A model generated the notes under the pieces. That model was not told where the DNA came from. It searched no databases and saw only the letters and a list, made by a program, of their open reading frames with translations. From Diplonema japonicum (Eukaryota > Protista > Euglenozoa: Diplonemea), in assembly GCA_964019335.1 (NCBI GenBank), contig CAXHSZ010000003.1, positions 1-9,450 on the forward strand: DNA of 9,450 nt, given 5' to 3'. The position numbers were made by a program, and so were the translations under genes. Shown here piece by piece: positions 1-7,100 of this stretch; within the stretch, counting starts at the first letter, position 1, and each line of letters opens with the position of its first letter.

Positions 1-1
1 T

Positions 2-349
2 AAGAAATTCGGGACGCACTACGGCATTACCTGCGACGGGTGCGGTTGCACACCCATGGTGGGGTATAGGTGGCATTGCAAGGATTGCAAGAACCATGAT
101 CTCTGTGACGGGTGCCACGACAAGTTCAAAAACGGCGAATTTATTCACAACAACAAGCAGAACGTGGTCTCCCAGACAATTTCGGACCACCACTTCGAAG
201 CCGAGGCACAGCTCGGTGCCGGTTTCAAACCGTTCTCGAAGGAGGCCTACAGCCAGAAGGTCAAGAAGGTGAAGCCCAACGAGCCCTGCAGCTGCAACTC
301 CGGTAAAAAATTCAAGAAATGCTGCGGTGATCCAGCGAAGGCAAAATAA
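2..349 (+). CDS. 5'-truncated protein with a ZZ-type zinc finger and a C-terminal SEC-C metal-binding motif
   Basis: Frame 2 is open from position 2, so the ATG at 56 is internal. It reads KKFGTHYGITCDGCGCTPMVGYRWHCKDCKNHDLCDGCHDK...HNNK...DHHF, matching the ZZ pattern H-x-G-I-x-CDGC-x3-P-x2-G-x-R-W-x-C-x2-C-x3-DLC-x2-C. It ends KVKPNEPCSCNSGKKFKKCCG. TAA at 347-349. Confidence 0.9.
   Translation, partial: KKFGTHYGITCDGCGCTPMVGYRWHCKDCKNHDLCDGCHDKFKNGEFIHNNKQNVVSQTISDHHFEAEAQLGAGFKPFSKEAYSQKVKKVKPNEPCSCNSGKKFKKCCGDPAKAK
17..196 (+). other. ZZ-type zinc finger domain
   Basis: Three Cys-x2-Cys pairs (CDGC, CKDC, CDGC) with the hallmark G-x-RW and DLC residues, followed by downstream His residues. 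Confidence 0.88.
266..328 (+). other. SEC-C motif (C-x-C-x-S-G-K-K-x-K-x-C-C)
   Basis: KVKPNEPCSCNSGKKFKKCCG is a close match to the SecA C-terminal consensus KVGRNDPCPCGSGKKYKxCCG. Confidence 0.9.
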
Positions 350-627
350 ACAATAAATAATAATAATAATAAAAAAAAAAAAAATTGGAAAAAAAAAGTG
401 TTCTTTTTCTCTCTCTCTCCCCCACTCTCCTTCCTTTTTTTCTTTTTCTTTTTTTTTTTTTTTTTTTTTCTGTTTTACGTATTTTTTCTTCTCACAAAAA
501 AAAAAAAAAAGTCACCTTCGAGAACTCCAGCAAAGATTTTTTCTCTGTCATATTTTTTTTTTCTCCCCCTCTTCCTACAATTTTAAAAAAAAAAAAAAAG
601 AGGGGGGAATATTTAAAAAAAAAAAAA
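350..627. repeat. Low-complexity spacer: (AAT)n, poly-A, (CT)n and poly-T tracts
   Basis: Directly visible: AAT repeats at about 356-370, a long pyrimidine tract at about 401-470, and several A runs longer than 10 nt. Confidence 0.9.
401..602 (+). promoter_or_regulatory. Candidate polypyrimidine tracts with AG splice (trans-splice) acceptors for gene 2
   Basis: An AG-free pyrimidine-rich stretch runs from about 401 to 495, with the first AG at 510-511. A second tract at about 553-576 is followed by AG at 599-600. Function is inferred from gene layout only. Confidence 0.35.
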
Positions 628-3342
628 ATGTCATGTGTCCTCCCTCCGATCAACAGGACCATGCCACTAACGGCAGCTGAACACAAATACAACACATGGT
701 GTGCGAAGAAAGGGATCGAGCTTCCGGGAAAAGGGAGACAGCTGCCTCCCCTCGCGACACCTTTGGGAGGAATTCTCGAACCTTTATCCGCACATTGGGA
801 CCCCGCAGGGGTCTGCACGAACAGCAGACAATCCGCCTTCAGCGAAGCATCTCGTTACAGAGAAGAGCTCAGAATCCTCGAGATGGAACAGGAAAAAACG
901 GAAAAACAAAAAACAGCGCTTAACGAGGCGAAGGACGTCTCCAACCTGTTCTCCCCAATTGAAGTATCTGTTTTGAAACGACAGCTTGATTCCGACCTCA
1001 AAAACAAACTCCCTGGAGATACACACACCACATGGTCATCAAGAAAACAATCAATTGGTATTCTACCTATGACACCACATTCAATCCTTGCAAAACGTGT
1101 TGATAACAATCTGCCGTTTGCAGACAAAGACCTACCAGGTTTGGTACTTTCCGTGTTCATGGCAAAAGCAGCGGATTACCTCCCCACCGGAGAAGAGTTC
1201 TGGAAGACAATTCACAAAATAAAACTAGGCACAGTGGAGATATCACAGTACCCACCGCCTCAAATCGCTTCGGATTACAGGGCGGTGAACATGTCCACCA
1301 CATCAGAAGGGCTGTCATGGTTTTACAAGAAGGTCCTCACATCTACCGGGAGGAAGCTGTCCACACAGTACGTCGCCGATCCGATACCCCTTGTTATGGA
1401 TTTAAGCAAAACGGTTCGTTTGGAAGACCTTGTCCCACCGTGGATGGTTCTTCAGGATGATGACGTGCCCGAGGTGCTGTCCATTGTGGTAGGGGATTGC
1501 TTTGACCATCAAATATGTTTCTCGAGCATGGAGCCTGTCAAACCGGTTCATCCTTTAACGTCCGCGGTTGTTTCTAAGGACTACAAGATCCACGGGAAGA
1601 TCCAACACTACGCAACAGAGATTTACAGAAAGATCCCGTTCTCGGGTAAAAAAGTACGGCTGGTTGGACATGGTGCGGGTGGAGGGGTGTGCCTGGTCCT
1701 CGCGGTGTACCTCTCCGAGGTCACCTGTTCCCACAACGTTGTTGAAGAGGTCTTCACCTTCGGTGCAACTCTGCCTTTTTACTACAACGAGACAGCGATG
1801 TCACGCGACTGTACCGACGTCTTCGCAAAATACAAAAACATCAAGATTTTAAAACAAATCGTGCATGAAGACGATGCGAGATGCCGGTTGTTGGGATGCA
1901 AACACCTCGACATCTTTAAGAACCCCCTTCAAAAAATGGGGTTCTTCCGCTTGTCGGAGACGAATCAAACTTACGATCTCAGCCGTGGATACAAATTCAC
2001 CGGCACACACCTCACAAAAATCTCAAAAAAAACCGGTGTCTCCACCATCGACGACCGAGTTGTCATCGACCGGGAACTAGACCTACACGCGGGGTTCTTA
2101 ACAAAGGCGGAGGATAGAGACGGTAACATTGACAGTTATGTGGGCAAGCTGGTTGGTTTGCTTGAGGAAGCCACACAGGTCCCCAGGGGGTACCACACCA
2201 CCGTGTGCAAAAAGGTGAACAACACCGGTGGTGCACATCCACTGATAACTACTCTTTTCGAGACTTCGAAGCCGACGCAACGGTCGAGGCGATTTCTCGA
2301 CGCTGCTGGCGACATCTACAAGAGGATGACATCCCCCGCGGGAGGCATCGACGCTGTATCTCTTCTGGCTGTGTTCTACTGGGCAGGCAGGGTTGTCCCG
2401 AGAGAGGTTCTAAAACAACACATCCTCGAAAACGGAAAATACCAAACCCACACCGACCCCACCGGTTCGGCCTCGTCGCCTGCTCTGAGTTTTTCCGGGT
2501 GGTCCGACTTCCTCACAGACCTTTCCTTTAACGATCCCGGTTTTCTCTTCGCCATTTTAAAAGCATTCGGGTACACCGGGAAAAACCTAATCCTCGACAA
2601 GACGTACGTTTTCTCTGATAGAAAATACGGGACAGCTCCGTGGCCGGTGGTACCGTTTAAGGGGAAGAATATGTTTTCAAAGCAGTCTCAGTACAAAGAG
2701 ATGTCCCAGACAGGGCTGGCTGCAGGGCGTGGAATGTTTCAGGTGCTCAAAAGACCTGTTCAAGGACGGGGAGGATCGACTGTTCGACGGTCTGTTTATT
2801 CGTTTTTTTTGAGGATTCTGGAGTCTGGTGGCGAGGACGAGGAAGACGGCACCACAGAATGGTACTACGAGAAAAAGACTTGTTGCGACATAGGGGAAGA
2901 GACCACGGATGTCGATGAGCAAACCTTCATGAAAGCGTTTGAGAAGCGATGCCGAGACGACCAGTGCAAGGTGTGGCCGTTGTTGTACAGATTGGGTTTC
3001 AACGAAGAAGGTTCCCCTCCTGTAGAAGGCTATGTGAACGCTTTTGCCTCGTCGGTCAATAGAGGAGTAGAGGCCCGTATGTGGGAATGGGACTCCACCA
3101 TTGTCCGGGAGAAGGCCCTGCACCTCTCAGCATTGGATGTTCAGGTGAAACGTGCGCTTTATCTCCGGCACCTGCATGGACCGCCTCGTGTCACTATTCT
3201 CTCTGGAGGGGTTATATCACCTACAGTGTGCCTCAATGAAGGGGTTTTGATGGCGCCACGTCCAAGGGCAGTCCCGCTGATTGGAGCGATGACACCGAGA
3301 GGGACGTGCATTCACGAGGGGCTTCTTATTTATCAGGAATAG
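628..3342 (+). CDS. 904-aa protein: inactive lipase class 3-like alpha/beta-hydrolase domain plus two degenerate EF-hand/Miro EF-associated-like modules
   Basis: First in-frame ATG is at 628 (MSCVLPPINR), where the homopolymer DNA ends. The ORF is uninterrupted to TAG at 3340-3342. Lipase_3-like motifs occur in the expected order: KIHGKIQHYA, VRLVGHGAGGGVCLVLA, VFTFGA, QIVHEDD, DGNIDSYVGKL. Confidence 0.85.
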   Translation: MSCVLPPINRTMPLTAAEHKYNTWCAKKGIELPGKGRQLPPLATPLGGILEPLSAHWDPAGVCTNSRQSAFSEASRYREELRILEMEQEKTEKQKTALNEAKDVSNLFSPIEVSVLKRQLDSDLKNKLPGDTHTTWSSRKQSIGILPMTPHSILAKRVDNNLPFADKDLPGLVLSVFMAKAADYLPTGEEFWKTIHKIKLGTVEISQYPPPQIASDYRAVNMSTTSEGLSWFYKKVLTSTGRKLSTQYVADPIPLVMDLSKTVRLEDLVPPWMVLQDDDVPEVLSIVVGDCFDHQICFSSMEPVKPVHPLTSAVVSKDYKIHGKIQHYATEIYRKIPFSGKKVRLVGHGAGGGVCLVLAVYLSEVTCSHNVVEEVFTFGATLPFYYNETAMSRDCTDVFAKYKNIKILKQIVHEDDARCRLLGCKHLDIFKNPLQKMGFFRLSETNQTYDLSRGYKFTGTHLTKISKKTGVSTIDDRVVIDRELDLHAGFLTKAEDRDGNIDSYVGKLVGLLEEATQVPRGYHTTVCKKVNNTGGAHPLITTLFETSKPTQRSRRFLDAAGDIYKRMTSPAGGIDAVSLLAVFYWAGRVVPREVLKQHILENGKYQTHTDPTGSASSPALSFSGWSDFLTDLSFNDPGFLFAILKAFGYTGKNLILDKTYVFSDRKYGTAPWPVVPFKGKNMFSKQSQYKEMSQTGLAAGRGMFQVLKRPVQGRGGSTVRRSVYSFFLRILESGGEDEEDGTTEWYYEKKTCCDIGEETTDVDEQTFMKAFEKRCRDDQCKVWPLLYRLGFNEEGSPPVEGYVNAFASSVNRGVEARMWEWDSTIVREKALHLSALDVQVKRALYLRHLHGPPRVTILSGGVISPTVCLNEGVLMAPRPRAVPLIGAMTPRGTCIHEGLLIYQE
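1470..2160 (+). other. Lipase class 3-like (pseudo)hydrolase domain, boundaries approximate
   Basis: The nucleophile elbow reads GHGAGG (1666-1683) in place of GHSLGG. FTFG is at 1753-1764 and VHEDD at 1861-1875. Confidence 0.7.
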
Positions 3343-3373
<31 letters not shown>

Positions 3374-4127
3374 GTGTTTTTTTCAAGACACGAAAAAAAA
3401 AGGGGGGGTTTGCGCATATTCCTTTTTTAAAAAAAAGGAAAGAAAAACCTCTTGGAGGGGTTTTTTCTTTTTTTTTTTTTTTTTAAAGGGCCTCGTTTTG
3501 TATTACTATCCCTCTCCTCTTACAACGGGCTTCTTGGTCCTTTCCTTCACCTTACTTTTTTTTATATTGTGATGGCGCTGTATCTCCCAAAACCAGTCTG
3601 GTCAATCTTGGGCTTTTGGAATGTTTCGGAAAAATCGTTCAAAGGGTTGTAGTCTACCCGCAACATTTGAGCGCTCGGATCATTGAAGAGAGTCGAAACG
3701 AGTTCGTTGCAGCCTTTGTTTTGAAAAAAAAAAAAAATAGCAATTTTCAATGTTGGTTTTAGAGATATGAGACGTGAGCAAAAGAAAGAAGAAAAAAAAT
3801 ATTAACGTGCCGTTTTTTACTTCATACCGCCTTCCTTTTCTTTTTTTTTTTTTTTTTTTCTTTATTTTTTTTTTCTCCACTGAAGGCCGGGTGGAAATAT
3901 GGCGAAATCGATTTTCGAGTAGCTACACTTTTGTCCTTTTTGGGTCGCTGCAAAAAAAAAAAAAAAAAAAAAAAAAATCTTGCAAGTTTACACTTTCTCC
4001 CCTTTTTTTTTTTGAATATTTTTCATTCTCCCCTCTTCCATTCCTCTCCTCTACCCAACAACACCAAAAAGGGCAAAAAAAAAAAAAAACTACACACCGG
4101 GCCCCTCCCCATCCCTTGTATGGACAA
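3343..4127. repeat. Homopolymer-rich spacer containing one island of complex sequence (about 3570-3720)
   Basis: T, A and G runs are directly visible, for example T18 at 3356-3373 and an A run of more than 20 nt starting at 3952. Confidence 0.85.
3830..3885 (+). promoter_or_regulatory. Candidate polypyrimidine tract and AG acceptor upstream of gene 3
   Basis: About 50 nt of almost pure pyrimidines (ccttccttttc-Tn-ctttattttttttttctccact) are followed by GAAG, with the AG at 3884-3885. Confidence 0.35.
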
Positions 4128-4154
4128 ATGGGTGCACAATGCAGTACGTGTAGT
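4128..4154 (+). other. N-myristoylation plus palmitoylation (SH4-like) signal
   Basis: MGAQCSTCS has Gly2 and Ser6 (the MGxxxS myristoylation consensus) with Cys5 and Cys8 nearby. Confidence 0.65.
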
Positions 4155-7100
4155 TTAGATGAGGGGAAAAAGCACAGAAGGGTAAGAGGGAGACCGAGAA
4201 CGGTGGAGAGGAGAAGGAGGAGGGCTTCGCTGAAGGAGAAGAAGAACAGCGTAAGGAAGACGTCGCAAACCGGATCGCTTCCAAGACAAGGCTCCTTGAG
4301 CAGGGCCCTGAACCGCTCCGGAAGCTTGAGGTCGAGACGATCGTCGTCGCCGGCAAGGAGGTCCTCCAGCCCGATAGGAAACAGAAAATCATCGCTGAAG
4401 AAGCACTCTTCAGGAAACCTTTTAAAGAAAAAATCATCGACATTCAGGTCAGTTCGCTCTGAATCACCATCCCATTCATCACCATCGTTCAGCCCGTCGC
4501 CGTCACCACCCCAGTCCAATCGTGTTCTAGATGACAGTTGGCTGTCTGGGGAATCTGACAGCCATGACCCTCTATTCTCCGCTCCAAGTGAAGTACGTGC
4601 ACTTATGTCGTCTGTTGAAGAATCTGTCAGCACTTCGAAAGCGTCCATGTCGGCCGATGACGCAATTTCAGTAGTTGCGAAGAAAGCACGTTTAAAGCTT
4701 ATCAAACTCCTGTCGTCTCACATGTATTTTGAGGATTTAGGGCATTGTTTCTTCCGCGGGAAGAAGTACGCGACGTTTAGCACGTACTACCAGTTTCTTG
4801 CGAAGCTTGTCGGGTTGAACGGAAACCACTGCAGGGAAGAGCTCGCGGCGCTTTTCGACACCATCTCCGAGAAGATTCCTAGAAGCCCGGAGGGCGATAA
4901 CGTCGCCACAGCGCTCACCTTCAACGCTTTAATGAGAGAAGGCATCGTTATCATTGCAAAATCATACATATCAGCAGGCGACAAAGAAGAAGGCATAGAT
5001 GTCGACTTCCCCGACGAGCTCGAGGTTGTTGTGAGATACAGAAAGTCCGCAGCACAATGGGTGTCCCAAACAGAACTGTTATCAAACTCCATTAGACAGT
5101 TGTGGAGGTACGACCACGGTGCTCTTGATTGGTGGACTGCCTGCTCGAAACTTCAAAGAGTTCTCCGGTTTATGGGCCTCTCCGGCGGCGGGTTCATAAG
5201 ACCAATGGGCGTCGATTTCAGCGAAATTGTTTATAAGGAATTCAGCCGTGCCGCCATAAAAACCGAGAAGAACTTCATATACTTTTGCTATAATAGTATT
5301 AAAAACATCCTCGATGCAGGAAGCGGGGAGAGGCGGAAGGTAAAGAACCCCGTTTTTCTCAGACACGACGTCGATTTCGGTTTCACGACACCGGAGATGC
5401 ACATCAACAACCACTCGACCGCGGTGAAGCTTCACTCGCTGATGTCCATCCCCGGGTCTGTCGAGACCATGTGCGGAAACCTCTCCGGTGATGAGTGTCA
5501 ACCAATGTTCACTGCACTTGCTATCCTCCGGCGCATAGGCCAAGAAGCTCATTGCGACATCACCATGCTTTTCTGTTATGTCGCTGTGGACCTGTACACC
5601 AACCACCTATGCATCATCCCAAAGGACAGCCTTCCATCCATTCTGCGAAACTGCATCAATCTGATGATCGAGATGTTTGAACGCGGGGCAAAGGTGACCA
5701 TTGAAACAGCAGGCATGGAGGTTTTAAAAAAATCCAGGAAAAGCGTCATCACCGTCGCGTTCCCTGGAGGAAGAGACATCCCCGAAGAGGAAGAAGCGTT
5801 GATCAGAGGTTTCCACTGCGAAGAGGTGGAGAGCTGTTACGATTCAGACGATGGTGAAGGGGATCTTGTTTTGAACAGCCATGGGCAGAAATTGAAGGCG
5901 ATCCATCAGTTTATCAACGCACCGCTTGCCTTAAGGCTTGCAACTTGGAAGGCGTTCAAAATGCTGGACTCCCTGCACACTGGTGAGCTTGATGACATCG
6001 ACGTCCGTCTTCTGTTCACCTTGATCCAATCCTCCATGAGGGTCAACCTGCTAGAACACCGCGACGCACTTGCCGACCGCATCAAAACCAAGCGTCCCAA
6101 ACAAGGTTTCTTCCTGTTTTCCGATGCATACACCATAGTAAAAGGGCACCTTACACAACTGCAGCAGGTGTTGTCGGTAACCGCCACACCAATCTCTGCT
6201 CTCATGACGGACTGTCTCGCTGGTGTGAAGGGAAACAAGTCACGTTTACTGTCCATCGCCAAGAACCGTCTCCTCCTCCGTCGGACGATCAAAGAAGAGC
6301 TCAACTCAAGCGTAGGCCGGAAGGAAGCCCAGCTCGACATAGAACGCGACACGTTCCTAACCATTCTGAACCTTCTGTGCAAACGATCGGGCTGCAACTA
6401 CGACTCGTTGTACCCTTACGCCTGCACCATGTACCAAGCAGCAGCGGTTATGAACAGGCTCCCCATCCTGATGCTGGAGGAGCTGTACATCATGATTATC
6501 AATGTGGTACACCGTAGACTGGTAACAGAGGGGAAGGACCTGAGGTACTCGGAATGGGACAACGACATCCCGCTGGCCGATCCGTTGTTCGCAACGTACT
6601 GCAGAAGGAACCTCACAACCGCATACCACGAGGAATGGGTCCGCACGCTGGGAAGCATGTACGGGGAGGACAGAAAAGGAATGGACGCCACGCCACACTC
6701 ATCATGCCATTCTCTCGCACCAAGAAGATGCTCTATCAAACCGATGCTGACACAGACTAGAGACCTTCAGGAGACCGACTATGAAACTATAACACCCCGC
6801 AATATCGTGTATGGTATCGGAGAGGAGGTGATGGTGACAGGGGAGAACAATGAAGACGTTAGCGGTGTAGTGCTGGAGAGGTACATCGACGGCACCTTCG
6901 ACGTCAGCACCGACAAGGAGATCATAGAAAAGATCCACTTCACAAAATTAAAAGGTGTTTCGAAAGCTACGAATCCTCTCCCGTGGTCTCACTCTTCCGA
7001 CGTTTTAACTAAGCTCTGCGGGGTGCTCGGTGTGCTTCCTATTGTAGCGGCGTATTCAAGCCCGGTTCATTCCGCATCAGAGTTTACATGGTGGTCCTGG

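Noticed and set aside
56-349. ATG 56 as the start of gene 1
   Set aside because: The frame is open upstream and the first CDGC pair of the ZZ finger lies before this ATG.
347-373. Tandem TAA stops suggesting a reassigned genetic code
   Set aside because: The (TAA)n repeats are out of frame with the stop codon. The long ORFs have no internal stops, and all three stop codons terminate genes.
385-627. 81-aa N-terminal extension of gene 2 in the ORF track
   Set aside because: It starts at TTG and translates homopolymers into poly-F/poly-K. Coding-like composition begins at ATG 628.
3670-3715. Hammerhead-ribozyme-like core (TTGAAGA-GAGTC-GAAAC...GTT)
   Set aside because: The core is UUGAAGA rather than CUGANGA, stem II is essentially absent, and no convincing stem I forms.
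3340-3762. Stop-codon readthrough of gene 2 into the same-frame open island
   Set aside because: A second in-frame stop (TAA 3484-3486) and poly-F/poly-K sequence intervene.
3774-4127. 118-aa N-terminal extension of gene 3 in the ORF track
   Set aside because: It starts at GTG and consists of homopolymer-derived F/K runs. ATG 4128 gives a proper MGxxxS terminus.
3923-4705. 260-aa minus-strand ORF and the other nested or antisense ORFs inside genes 2 and 3
   Set aside because: These are antisense or off-frame shadows of real genes with no recognisable motifs. This one mirrors the Ser/Arg-rich region and runs into homopolymer DNA.
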